Shown here in pieces: positions 51,305-60,649 of a stretch of DNA of 64,000 nucleotides. The stretch is from Rhodoglobus sp. (GTDB lineage: Bacteria; Actinomycetota; Actinomycetes; Actinomycetales; Microbacteriaceae): positions 6,756-70,755 of the forward strand of contig JBOFDJ010000074.1 of NCBI GenBank assembly GCA_051646885.1, in the 5' to 3' direction. The translations under genes were made by a program, and so were the position numbers. The notes below the pieces were generated by a model. That model saw nothing but the letters and a program-made list of their open reading frames with translations. It was not told the origin of the DNA and made no database searches. Every line of letters starts with the position of its first letter. The stretch's first letter is position 1.

Positions 51305-52599
51305 ATGATACCTCTGCGGTGCGCTTGCGAAATAAGGGACTGCACCTTGACCTTGTTGATACTCAGGAACTCACGGAGTTCGCAGCGTGGTTGAGAGCGG
51401 ATAGACGCGGCTTTCATCTTGCTGAGCCCGATGAGCAGAGAGTCAAGGATACTCATGCAGGTATCGGTGATCGGCGCACGACCGGTGTCTGGGATAGCCG
51501 CATACCTGAACCGTCGATTCCGATTGCGACCGTCAGCTCCTGGAAGACAGAGATGACGGTTCCTGGGCACCGCACCGTGCCAGCATGGGCCATCAGTTCA
51601 GTGACAGTGGCCCCGACTCATCGGCGCCAAGGAATCGCTAGGGCGTTGCTGGAAGCAGAACTGCGGACCGCTTCTAGCAAGGGGGTACCCATGGCGATAT
51701 TGACTGTGTCGGAGTCGACGATCTACGGAAGATTCGGTTTTGCGCCTGCCGCCTACGCCAGCACTCTGACGATCAACACTCGCCGCGCGAAATGGGTCGG
51801 GCCTGAGGCATCCGGTCGCGTCAGTTTCATGACAACCGCGCAGTTCCGTAGTAACGTCGCTGCAGTTCACGAGCGGGTCAGACCTACCAACCCAGGAGAG
51901 ATTCCTGTTGGGGATTTCGAGTGGGATCAGATCGCCGGTATCGTGACTGAAGATAAAAACCATGCGCTCTCTTTGCGTGCGGTGCGTTATGACACTGCGG
52001 CTGGTGAGCTTCAGGGGTTGGCCCTTTATCGGGTGAAGGAACAAAGTCAAGACTTTGCGGAACAGACGCTGACGGTCGAATACTTGGTGACGGAAACAGC
52101 TGAGGCCTACGCAGCACTGTGGCAATATCTGCTCGACATTGATCTTGTGGCTCAGGTTAAAGGTGTGCATCGTTCGGTAGACGAGCCCCTGTTATGGCAG
52201 CTCAGCGACCGTCGAGGCGTGACTGAGAAGGTTTGGGATCATCTGTGGTTACGTATTCTTGATGTCACAACAGCACTGGAGGGACGAACCTACTCGGCTG
52301 CTGGCGACTGTATCCTTCAGGTGCATGACGACTTGAGTTTCGCGGCAGGCAACTATGTTCTGAGAGTTGATCACAACGGCGCAGCTCGTGTTGCGGCGAT
52401 CACTACCCGGGCTGCTGAGAATGCCGTAGCTTCTGTTTCTTTGGGCGTTCGTGAACTGTCAGCGCTCTATCTCGGGGGTGTTTCCGCAGCGACTCTTGCC
52501 GCTGCAGGGCTCATCATTGAACAGCATCCTGGATCACTGAACGCTCTCGATTCGATGTTCCGATCAGCCTGCGCCCCTTGGCTTTCGTTTTGGTTCTAG
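51283..52599 (+). CDS. Eis-like GNAT acetyltransferase with SCP-like C-terminus
   Basis: VTVAPTHRRQGIA, SESTIYGRFGF, HLWLRILDV..AL..R.Y, LSALYLGG, C-terminal FW. Confidence 0.88.
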   Translation: MVSDNRVDDTSAVRLRNKGLHLDLVDTQELTEFAAWLRADRRGFHLAEPDEQRVKDTHAGIGDRRTTGVWDSRIPEPSIPIATVSSWKTEMTVPGHRTVPAWAISSVTVAPTHRRQGIARALLEAELRTASSKGVPMAILTVSESTIYGRFGFAPAAYASTLTINTRRAKWVGPEASGRVSFMTTAQFRSNVAAVHERVRPTNPGEIPVGDFEWDQIAGIVTEDKNHALSLRAVRYDTAAGELQGLALYRVKEQSQDFAEQTLTVEYLVTETAEAYAALWQYLLDIDLVAQVKGVHRSVDEPLLWQLSDRRGVTEKVWDHLWLRILDVTTALEGRTYSAAGDCILQVHDDLSFAAGNYVLRVDHNGAARVAAITTRAAENAVASVSLGVRELSALYLGGVSAATLAAAGLIIEQHPGSLNALDSMFRSACAPWLSFWF

Positions 52600-52612
52600 A
52601 CAGGAGAAAACT

Positions 52613-53422
52613 GTGCCCGAAGAAATGCCCGACAGTGTTCACGAACATAATGAAGCCGCAGCATCACCACCTACCGCTCTCGAGATCCATGGTCTTCGCA
52701 AAAAATTCGGAGATAAGCTCGCGGTCAACGACGTGGAACTGACGGTTCCCCGTGGCTCGTTTTATGGTTTGGTCGGTCCGAACGGTGCTGGTAAAACCAC
52801 CACTCTCGCGATGGCGACTGGTTTGCTGAGACCTGATGCTGGCCAGATCAGCATTCATGGTGTAGATGTGTGGACTAATCTTCTTGAGGCGAAGAGGCTT
52901 GTCGGTAATCTGAGCGACGGTGTTCGTCTTTTTGATCGCCTCACCGGTCGGCAGTTGATCACCTACGCCGGGCTTCTTAGCGGGATGCCTCGCGATCTTG
53001 TGACCGAACGTGCAGTAGATCTGCTGCAGCTGCTCGACCTTGAGGATGCGGGAGGAACGCTTGTCGTTGACTACTCCGCAGGAATGACCAAAAAGATCGC
53101 CCTCGCCTGTGCACTTGTACACGCGCCTCGCTTGCTGGTGCTTGACGAGCCATTCGAGTCGGTTGATCCGGTATCGGCAGCGAATATCCGCGATATCTTG
53201 GATGGTTTCGTCGCCTCGGGTGGCACCGTCATTGTGTCAAGCCATGTGATGGATATGGTGCAGCGTATGTGCGACCACGTTGCGGTCATCGCGCAGGGGC
53301 GCGTGTTGGCCTCCGGGACCATTGACGAGGTTCGGGAAGAGTCAAGTCTGGAAGATCGTTTTGTCGAGCTCGTGGGTGGTCGTCGAGTGGGGGAGGGGCC
53401 GGCATGGTTGCGACTCTCATAA
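52613..53422 (+). CDS. ABC transporter ATP-binding protein
   Basis: GPNGAGKTT, YSAGM, LDEPFESVDP, SSH, LEDRFVELVG. Confidence 0.92.
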   Translation: MPEEMPDSVHEHNEAAASPPTALEIHGLRKKFGDKLAVNDVELTVPRGSFYGLVGPNGAGKTTTLAMATGLLRPDAGQISIHGVDVWTNLLEAKRLVGNLSDGVRLFDRLTGRQLITYAGLLSGMPRDLVTERAVDLLQLLDLEDAGGTLVVDYSAGMTKKIALACALVHAPRLLVLDEPFESVDPVSAANIRDILDGFVASGGTVIVSSHVMDMVQRMCDHVAVIAQGRVLASGTIDEVREESSLEDRFVELVGGRRVGEGPAWLRLS

Positions 53423-54975
53423 GATTGCGCTTTCTCCTCTTGACCAACTCGTTGAAGAAACATCCATGGCAGATCGTTGCTGTCGTCTGTGGCGGGATTT
53501 ATGGGCTCGGTATTCTCGGCGCTGTCGTCGTCGGACTTTTTGGATTAAGTTTTGCCGACCGGGATTTCGCTCGCGCGGTCACGGTTCTTGCGGGCGCTGC
53601 GCTCACGTTTGGCTGGATTGTGTTGCCGGTCTTGACCTCAGGTATTGACCAGACGGTAGACCCTACTCGGCTCGTGACTTTCCCCATACCGCTCAATACG
53701 CTGCTGTTGTCATTGGCTATCAGCGGTGTGTTGGGGGTTCCCGGGATCGTTACTTCAGTAGCCGCACTGGCGACCGCGACAACCTGGTGGCAGCAACCGG
53801 TGGTTGTGATAGTCGCTGTTATATGCGCCACCATCGGTGTATTGACCTGCGTTATTGGATCACGAATGCTTGTTGCTCTCAGCTCACGGATCGGGGCTGG
53901 TCGTCGCGCTCGTGAGGCCAAGGGAATTGTCGTCTTTCTGCCGATCTTGCTCTTGGGGCCGATTATCCTTGCGCTCACGCGGTTGCTCCGAGATACGTCC
54001 GACCTTCTGCCGCGCAGTGCCGATATCGTATCCTGGACTCCCTTCGGTGCGATCTGGGCCGTGCCAGCGGATATGGCTTCCGGAGATTTTGGACGTGCCG
54101 GCCTTGAATTTCTTATTGGTCTCGCCACTCTCGTGGCTCTGATACTTCTGTGGCGCTGGAGCCTTGCGGTAGCTCTCGAAACATCAGATCGATCGGCCAC
54201 GGCCACAGCGGGCAAGCGAAGGCTTAACCTGTTCACGGTGTTCCCGGGAACGCCCTCCGGTGCAGTCGCAGCGCGAGCCCTCACGTACTGGATTCGTGAT
54301 CCACGGTACGCGCAATCCCTCATCACGATCCCGGTGGTCCCTGTGCTGATTTTTTTCTACGCTGGTAGCAGCGACGGCCTTGGACCGCTTAATGCAGTTG
54401 CCCCAATCATTGCCGTTCTGCTCTCACTGTCAATTTATACAGATGTTTCCTATGACAACACGGCTTTTGCCCTGCACCTGCAAACCGGGTTGAGGGGGCG
54501 AGATGACCGCAGCGGACGGGTCATAGGCTTGGCTGTTTTCGCAATGCCGCTCTGCTTAGTCTTAGCTATTGCCTCGGTGTGGGTCACGACCTCCTGGGAA
54601 ATCCTGCCCGGCATACTCGGGATCACGATCGGAATTCTGCTCACGGGGTTCGCGGTTTCCTCGCTGATCTCGGGGCGTTTCACGTTTATGGTTCCGGCCC
54701 CGGGGGAGAGTCCCTTCACAGCGAAACCTGGTGGAGGAATGAGTTTGATGTTATCCACATTCGCTTCGTGGAGCGTTCTGACGATTCTCACGCTTCCAGA
54801 GCTTGTGCTCGCGATTGTGGGTTTCGTTACGGGCATCGCTATTTTTGGCTGGCTGTCGCTTGTGGTGGCAATTCTTCTCGGCCTTGGCCTGCTGATCGTG
54901 GGGGTTCGTGTCGGCGGGGCCATTCTGGATCGACGTGGCCCCGATCTCTTAGCACAGTTGCAAAAGCAGAGATAA
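53404..54975 (+). CDS. Large multi-TM ABC-2-type permease
   Basis: 523 aa, many TM segments in two halves; overlaps the ATPase stop. Confidence 0.8.
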   Translation: MVATLIRLRFLLLTNSLKKHPWQIVAVVCGGIYGLGILGAVVVGLFGLSFADRDFARAVTVLAGAALTFGWIVLPVLTSGIDQTVDPTRLVTFPIPLNTLLLSLAISGVLGVPGIVTSVAALATATTWWQQPVVVIVAVICATIGVLTCVIGSRMLVALSSRIGAGRRAREAKGIVVFLPILLLGPIILALTRLLRDTSDLLPRSADIVSWTPFGAIWAVPADMASGDFGRAGLEFLIGLATLVALILLWRWSLAVALETSDRSATATAGKRRLNLFTVFPGTPSGAVAARALTYWIRDPRYAQSLITIPVVPVLIFFYAGSSDGLGPLNAVAPIIAVLLSLSIYTDVSYDNTAFALHLQTGLRGRDDRSGRVIGLAVFAMPLCLVLAIASVWVTTSWEILPGILGITIGILLTGFAVSSLISGRFTFMVPAPGESPFTAKPGGGMSLMLSTFASWSVLTILTLPELVLAIVGFVTGIAIFGWLSLVVAILLGLGLLIVGVRVGGAILDRRGPDLLAQLQKQR

Positions 54976-54976
54976 T

Positions 54977-55507
54977 TTAGAACAGGCTGGGTGGCTCCAC
55001 TGTTGTGGAAACCACTGTCTCGGGCACGACAGAATGCTCGGGTGCTCCCGGGTACCCGGGGCCGGTAGGGATCGCTATGCCGCGCTGAAACGCCTCTGCG
55101 GCTCCTCGGGCGCGGGTGTCCGCAGCCTCATTGAGGGCATGACCGATGTGGCCCCGAATCCACTCAAAGCGGTAGCGGCGACCGGTAATGGCCTCATCGA
55201 GCTCTTTCAGCAACTCAAGATTCATCACAGGCTTACCGTCACCCTTACGCCAGCCTTTTTTCTTCCAACCGGGCATCCATGCAGTTATTGAGTTAATCAC
55301 GTATTGGCTGTCGCACAGAATAAGCAATTCGTCGTCAACATGTGCCGTTGCCCTGAAAAGTTCCAGCACCGCTTTCAGCTCGCCCATGTTATTGGTCGCA
55401 TGCGGCCAACCACCCGCGGACCAGGTAGCGTCGTCAACGTACCAGGCCCAACCCGCGGGCCCCGGGTTGCCCAACGCAGAACCGTCGGCGGCAGCAGTAA
55501 TAGTCAT
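54977..55507 (-). CDS. rnhA: Ribonuclease HI
   Basis: ADGSALGNPG, TNNMGEL, DSQY, WIRGH.G..LNEAAD. Confidence 0.93.
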   Translation of the reverse strand: MTITAAADGSALGNPGPAGWAWYVDDATWSAGGWPHATNNMGELKAVLELFRATAHVDDELLILCDSQYVINSITAWMPGWKKKGWRKGDGKPVMNLELLKELDEAITGRRYRFEWIRGHIGHALNEAADTRARGAAEAFQRGIAIPTGPGYPGAPEHSVVPETVVSTTVEPPSLF

Positions 55508-55603
55508 CTCGTACAGCGTAGCGAGCCTGTGTGTTCCCAGCGGTCATTTCTTTTTAGCGCTGCTGACTGATGGGGTAATTGTTCGAGGATCAGCCTTGGC
55601 TGT

Positions 55604-55870
55604 TCACAACGCTGCTTGACTGTTCACCACGTTGTGGTGACAACAGGACTCAGTGCCGCACGATTGAGGAGACGTCAGAGCAGGTTCGGTAGCAAAGGAT
55701 TCTGCCGGAACGTAGTCGATTGTGACAGTTTCTACCTCGACAAGTGTGGGCGCTGCTAGTGATCGGACGTCGTTGGTCCAGTTGATGCCATCCCACCATC
55801 GCAAGCTACCTTCGCTTACTCCGTCTGGGTACCATCCGGCAGCAACGCATGCGTATTCGATGACAGACAT
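55604..55870 (-). CDS. Short DUF2510-domain protein (possibly truncated)
   Basis: AGWYPD....LRWWDG..WT motif; no downstream domain. Confidence 0.6.
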   Translation of the reverse strand: MSVIEYACVAAGWYPDGVSEGSLRWWDGINWTNDVRSLAAPTLVEVETVTIDYVPAESFATEPALTSPQSCGTESCCHHNVVNSQAAL

Positions 55871-55983
55871 TTCGGCCCCCCGCCGTTATTTCTTAGTAAT
55901 AACATTACGTATCAGATTGCTCTTCGGGCGATCCCCATTTCACGGGGTGTAGTTGTCTGTCTATTAAATTGGGGACGTGCTGA

Positions 55984-57948
55984 ATGCAGAAAAAGGGGTT
56001 GCGAGATGGCCCGCTAGCAGCAAAATTCTGGCCACATAGCCCTGCCAACACTGCGGGCAAAAGAACGTCTTCAGCCTTGCGCAACCGCGTGCGACAGGTA
56101 CTCGGCTCCGCTGTGGTTCTTGCCATGGTCATGGTGTCGGTCCCGGTCGCCGCCTCTGCAGATACGAATGATTTCACGTTTGATTCATTCAATGCCGACT
56201 ACACCCTCAGCCGACTGGAAGACGGCACAGCTCACCTTGAGGTGGTGGAGACGATGGTGGCGCGATTTCCGCAGAGCAACCAGAACCACGGTATCGTGCG
56301 GGCGATACCCACCGATTATGACGGTGTTGATCTCAAGACCACTGTAATCTCTGTTTCGGATGCGAGCGGTCTCGCCAGACCATACACAGTCGAAGAGTCA
56401 GAAGGATTCCTGAGGATCGCTATAGCAGATGAGAATTTCGTGCACGGAGCTGTTACCTATGTCGTGAAGTATTCACAGGAAAATGTGGTGCGCTCTTTTG
56501 CTGACACAAACTCTGATGAGTTCTATTGGGATGTCAATGGCACGGGGTGGGGTCAACTCTTCTACAGGGTGAGCGCTATCGTGAACGTCGAGGGTTCCGC
56601 GGCTAGCTCGCTGACGGGAAAGGCAGCCTGTTATGTGGGGGATAGCGGGCGCACAACACGGTGTCCGATTCAGCTCCCCGCTGCGCCCAGCGACGAAGCA
56701 GCCCAGAGCGACTCGCTATACCCTATGACGTCAGCCAGCTTCCAAGCTGTGTCGCAGTCGTTGGCACCCGGTCAGACCATGACAGTGGCTCTCGGTTTCA
56801 CTAAAGGAACCTTCACGATCCCGGCAGCAACAGTTGGCGTGCCACTGCCGATCCCCGTCGAATGTGATGTTGCGACGCTGAGTCTTGGACTGCTGAGTTT
56901 TGGCGTGTTGGGTGCGGCTGTTATCTCTCGTGTACGCGCTGGTCGCGGGCCCCGGGGTCGCGGAATAATCATTCCGCACTACAACGAACCAGATGAGATC
57001 ACCATCATGCAGTCAGCGCATCTTATGAAGCGCGCAGGAACCGCCATCCCCGCGGCGTTGATTCGCTTGGCTGTGCGTAAAAATATCCGAATCCTTGCTT
57101 ATCCCGTCAGTGAGGCAGGCGGGCCGTACACACTTCAGTTCTTGAACATGACTGGAGCTAATGCTGAGGATGCCGATCTGCTGCGGCAGCTTTTTGGTCC
57201 CACCCCCGAGGTCGGAATGCTCAAGGAATTTGGCGCAATCCAGCAAGGTCTGGCGGCCACACTGACCAGACTGTCATACCGTGTGAAGACACTCTTGCCG
57301 ACGGCAGGATTTCTTGAGACAACTCCAGGTCACCGGGCAAGGATCCTCTGTGTTTTCGGGCAAATCTCATTGATCGTGATCGCCATCATGGTGCACACCG
57401 CATCGTGGAAGCAGTTTATGAACCTGAGCCTTTTTGCGGTACCGGTGATGAGTTTCGGTCTTCTTGCCCTGCTGGTGTGCATCGTGCTCGCGGTAAGGCC
57501 TCTGCGGCCCACTGCGAAAGGGGTAGCAGCCCGCGAGTATCTCCGGGGCATGCGGATGTACCTGATGCTGGCCGAGCAGGATCGCCTCCGTGCTCTGCAG
57601 AGTCCCAGTGGAGCGCAACGAGTCAACGTGAGTGACAGTCTTGACATGATCAAGCTCTATGAAAAATTGCTGCCCTGGGCCATACTTTGGGGCGTCGAAG
57701 AGCAATGGATGCGCGAACTTTCTCTTCGAATCGATGCGCTTTCCGAGAAGCCTGACTGGTTACTCGGAGCGAACGGATTCGATGCAGCGCTGTTCGGCGT
57801 AACTCTGCACAGTTTCACCACTGGGTTACAGGTTGCAAACACCGGGTCTAGCTGGAGTGGCAGTGGTGGCGGTTCTTTCAGCGGTGGTTCTGACGGCGGC
57901 GGCTCCGCGGGTGGTGGTGGTGGCGGTGGCGGTGGCGGTGGAATTTAG
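55984..57948 (+). CDS. DUF2207 family membrane protein
   Basis: Signal-like segment, EFYWDVNGTGW, TM helices, YEKLLPWA..GV, Gly-rich tail; true start probably about 30 codons downstream. Confidence 0.85.
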   Translation: MQKKGLRDGPLAAKFWPHSPANTAGKRTSSALRNRVRQVLGSAVVLAMVMVSVPVAASADTNDFTFDSFNADYTLSRLEDGTAHLEVVETMVARFPQSNQNHGIVRAIPTDYDGVDLKTTVISVSDASGLARPYTVEESEGFLRIAIADENFVHGAVTYVVKYSQENVVRSFADTNSDEFYWDVNGTGWGQLFYRVSAIVNVEGSAASSLTGKAACYVGDSGRTTRCPIQLPAAPSDEAAQSDSLYPMTSASFQAVSQSLAPGQTMTVALGFTKGTFTIPAATVGVPLPIPVECDVATLSLGLLSFGVLGAAVISRVRAGRGPRGRGIIIPHYNEPDEITIMQSAHLMKRAGTAIPAALIRLAVRKNIRILAYPVSEAGGPYTLQFLNMTGANAEDADLLRQLFGPTPEVGMLKEFGAIQQGLAATLTRLSYRVKTLLPTAGFLETTPGHRARILCVFGQISLIVIAIMVHTASWKQFMNLSLFAVPVMSFGLLALLVCIVLAVRPLRPTAKGVAAREYLRGMRMYLMLAEQDRLRALQSPSGAQRVNVSDSLDMIKLYEKLLPWAILWGVEEQWMRELSLRIDALSEKPDWLLGANGFDAALFGVTLHSFTTGLQVANTGSSWSGSGGGSFSGGSDGGGSAGGGGGGGGGGGI

Positions 57949-57965
57949 CCTCAGCCCAGAGCAGA

Positions 57966-58460
57966 TCAACCCTCAGGTTGTGGCAGTGAACTTTCAATAA
58001 GCGATACCAGCGCCGGGTCATCGGGTTCGACCGCAGAACGAAACCGGTGTACCGCACCTGCTGGAGTAATCACGAATTTTTCAAAATTCCACTTCACTTT
58101 GCCTGCTGTGCCGCTGGCGTCCGGTATTTGGGTCAGTTCACGGTAGAGCGGATGTGCAGCAGAACCGTTGAGCTTGACTTTGGCAAACAGCGGAAACGTG
58201 ACACCCCAGGTTCTGGAACAGTACTGCTTGATCTTGTCTTCCGTCGCCAGTTCTTGGAGAAACTGATTGCTCGGGAATCCCAGTATGGTGAACCCGCGCT
58301 GATCATATTTTTTCTGCAATGCCTCAAGCTTCTGGTATTGAGGTGTCAGACCACAGCGGGAGGCAACGTTGACAATAAGAAGGACCTTCGAGCCGTACTG
58401 CGCGAGGGTCGTCGTCACGCCGTCAATGGTGGTTAGGGCAATATCGTGGAGGATGGTCAC
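57966..58460 (-). CDS. Glutathione peroxidase family protein (Cys type)
   Basis: VNVASRCGLT, LGFPSNQF, WNFEKF; Cys codon is TGT. Confidence 0.93.
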   Translation of the reverse strand: MTILHDIALTTIDGVTTTLAQYGSKVLLIVNVASRCGLTPQYQKLEALQKKYDQRGFTILGFPSNQFLQELATEDKIKQYCSRTWGVTFPLFAKVKLNGSAAHPLYRELTQIPDASGTAGKVKWNFEKFVITPAGAVHRFRSAVEPDDPALVSLIESSLPQPEG

Positions 58461-58557
58461 CACTCCACGATACGCCGACCAGCTGAATCGAGCATCCGGT
58501 TATAGGCGATGCTGGGTATTCTAGGCAAGCCCCACTCCACTGGTCGAAAGCTACAGC

Positions 58558-59472
58558 ATGTCCGAGAGCCCTCTGTTTCCGAGCCCATATGAAGTGCTCG
58601 GTGTAGCAGCATCCGTCACTGAGCGAGAACTCCGTCGCGCTTTTCGTCGTGCGCTACGTGAGACGCATCCAGATACGGGTGGTGATCCTCGACGTTTCGA
58701 TGCTGTCCAGCAGGCATGGGATCAAGTAGGTACCGCCCAGAAACGGGCTGCATACGATGCTGGCCTCGGTCGCTCTTTCGTACCCAGTGAAACTTTCACT
58801 GCGCAGGCGGCCCGGCCACGGCAGGACACCAGACCGAAGGCTCGCTCATACGGACACCCCGGCGGCTGGCGACGCGAGAAATTTTTGGAACAGCTCAGGG
58901 AGTGGGTGGGTCGTGGTGTGGAGATCCCCAACCCTTATGACCCTGCTTTAATCGCTGCAGCACCCCGTGAGATCCAGCGCACTCTTGCTGATGCGCTTGC
59001 AGAGGAATCAACAGCACGCACCCTTAGTGCTTTGGGCATAGGTTTTACTGTGTGGCATGACGTTGCAACGGGGGTTCCCGAATCCAAAATTGACCATATT
59101 GTGCTGGGTCCCAGTGGCTTATTTGCCATGATTTCCGAAGACTTCGGCGGATCTGTGCGAATCCGTAAAGGTGAATTGATTGGAGAAGCCGTTACCGGCG
59201 AGCGACCCATGTATCAACTGGCTGCTCGCGCCAAAATTCTCTCCCGTCAGTGGCGAATAAGGTTTAGTGCTCTGGTGATCGTGCTTCCGGATGATGCTCT
59301 CGACCAAGCCATGATTGTTCTTGGAACCGCTCGGGGCGTTGTGACTCTTGCGGTGCGACAATCGCATCTGGCGCAGTTATTACGCCGTGGCGTTTCTGGT
59401 ACCCCTATCATGGGCGGTACCGAGTTGTTCGAGGTGCGAACGCGGGTTAGTGCTGGGGTTCGCTTTCTGTGA
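58558..59472 (+). CDS. J-domain protein with C-terminal NERD-like domain
   Basis: PYEVLGV...HPDTGG; HD......IDHIVLGPSG.F. Confidence 0.8.
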   Translation: MSESPLFPSPYEVLGVAASVTERELRRAFRRALRETHPDTGGDPRRFDAVQQAWDQVGTAQKRAAYDAGLGRSFVPSETFTAQAARPRQDTRPKARSYGHPGGWRREKFLEQLREWVGRGVEIPNPYDPALIAAAPREIQRTLADALAEESTARTLSALGIGFTVWHDVATGVPESKIDHIVLGPSGLFAMISEDFGGSVRIRKGELIGEAVTGERPMYQLAARAKILSRQWRIRFSALVIVLPDDALDQAMIVLGTARGVVTLAVRQSHLAQLLRRGVSGTPIMGGTELFEVRTRVSAGVRFL

Positions 59473-59622
59473 GCTCGCGCAATTCTGCTCAGGATTCTCG
59501 ATCTTGTCACTCTCTGCTGAGCTGCCAGTAATGCCATCACCATGGGTTATAGCGGTCGCTGTCATCACACTGCAGAGCATAAGCTGGTGTCTGCCGCGGG
59601 GAAAGTAAGGGGATTGACGACC

Positions 59623-60321
59623 ATGATCCGTGTTATCAGCTACAACCTTCGAAAAAATCGTGCGAACAAAGAACTCGCCCAGCTTGCTCAGACATCAGAT
59701 CTTGACGCTTTGTGCCTACAGGAGTGCAACACAGCTGAGTTGCCCGCTGAGATCGGGAACCTTCACCTTGCAGACTCTACAAAACGCAATCGACTTGGGC
59801 TTGCAGTTTATTACCGCAAAGCGCGTTACGAGCAATTGACGAGCCAGTCGTTCGAGCTCAAGAAATCCTTACATGATCTGGTTTTTTCGCCAACACCAGA
59901 ACGATTGGTGGGGACCAAACTGCTTGACCGGCAATCGGGACATCAGCTCGTTCTGGCATCGTTTCACGCCGCGCCGCTGACCGCACTGAATTCGCTTCGT
60001 CGAAAACAGATTAAGGCCGCTCATCAGTTGTTACACACCCTAGGATCAGGTGCACCCATCATCATGGTTGGTGATTACAATTACCCACTTTTTAAGGCGG
60101 ATTTATCCAGCCGTGTCGCACAGTCTGGTTATGACCTCACCCTGAGTGACCAACGTACATACACGGCTTACAGATTTGTCCGCGGTCATTTTGATTTTGT
60201 TACTTCACAAGGTTTTACCGTGAATAAGGTGCAGACGATGCCGCGCGGATCATCCGATCACATCCCGATTTTGGTGACCGCTTCGTATGGTGCGCTCACC
60301 AAAGAGGTCGCCGTGGCCTAA
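59623..60321 (+). CDS. Endonuclease/exonuclease/phosphatase family protein
   Basis: SYNL, LCLQE, GDYN, FDFV, SDHIP. Confidence 0.88.
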   Translation: MIRVISYNLRKNRANKELAQLAQTSDLDALCLQECNTAELPAEIGNLHLADSTKRNRLGLAVYYRKARYEQLTSQSFELKKSLHDLVFSPTPERLVGTKLLDRQSGHQLVLASFHAAPLTALNSLRRKQIKAAHQLLHTLGSGAPIIMVGDYNYPLFKADLSSRVAQSGYDLTLSDQRTYTAYRFVRGHFDFVTSQGFTVNKVQTMPRGSSDHIPILVTASYGALTKEVAVA

Positions 60322-60408
60322 CAGCGTGCCGAGCACTCATCGAGTTTTGCCAGATCGGGGAGCAGGGTTATAGGCCAAACCACAAACCACATAACCACAT
60401 AAAAAACG

Positions 60409-60443
60409 TAGAGGACCCACAGATAGAGTCTGTGGGTCCTCTA
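60409..60443 (-). terminator. Intrinsic terminator downstream of tRNA-Leu
   Basis: 15-bp perfect stem TAGAGGACCCACAGA / TCTGTGGGTCCTCTA followed by CGTTTTTT on the minus strand. Confidence 0.85.
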
Positions 60444-60462
60444 GCTTGCTGTCTTCACAACG

Positions 60463-60547
60463 TGCGCGAAGGGGGACTTGAACCCCCACGCCCTATACGG
60501 GCACTAGCACCTCAAGCTAGCGCGTCTGCCATTTCCGCCATCCGCGC
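60463..60547 (-). tRNA. tRNA-Leu (anticodon GAG)
   Basis: Acceptor stem GCGCGGA/TTCGCGC, anticodon loop TTGAGGT, long variable arm, GGTTCAAGTCC T-arm; CCA not encoded. Confidence 0.97.
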
Positions 60548-60649
60548 AAAGTGGTAAACCCAATGAGCCTACCGAGGTACGACAATAGCACTCTTAGGCT
60601 GCCTTCTCTGCACACTCCGAGTCAAAGTAGCCACGCTTAGGCTAGTGCT

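Noticed and set aside
57860-57948. GGT/GGC repeat tract
   Set aside because: It encodes the normal Gly-rich C-terminal tail of DUF2207 proteins.
57966-58460. Selenocysteine in the glutathione peroxidase
   Set aside because: The active-site codon is TGT (Cys) and there is no in-frame TGA.
60377-60400. AAACCAC/ATAACCAC short tandem repeat
   Set aside because: Only three imperfect 7-8 nt units with no spacers; not CRISPR-like.
60322-60547. tRNA-Leu as an integration site for a genomic island
   Set aside because: There is no integrase, I noticed no duplicated tRNA 3' end (not exhaustively searched), and the flanking genes look like core genes.
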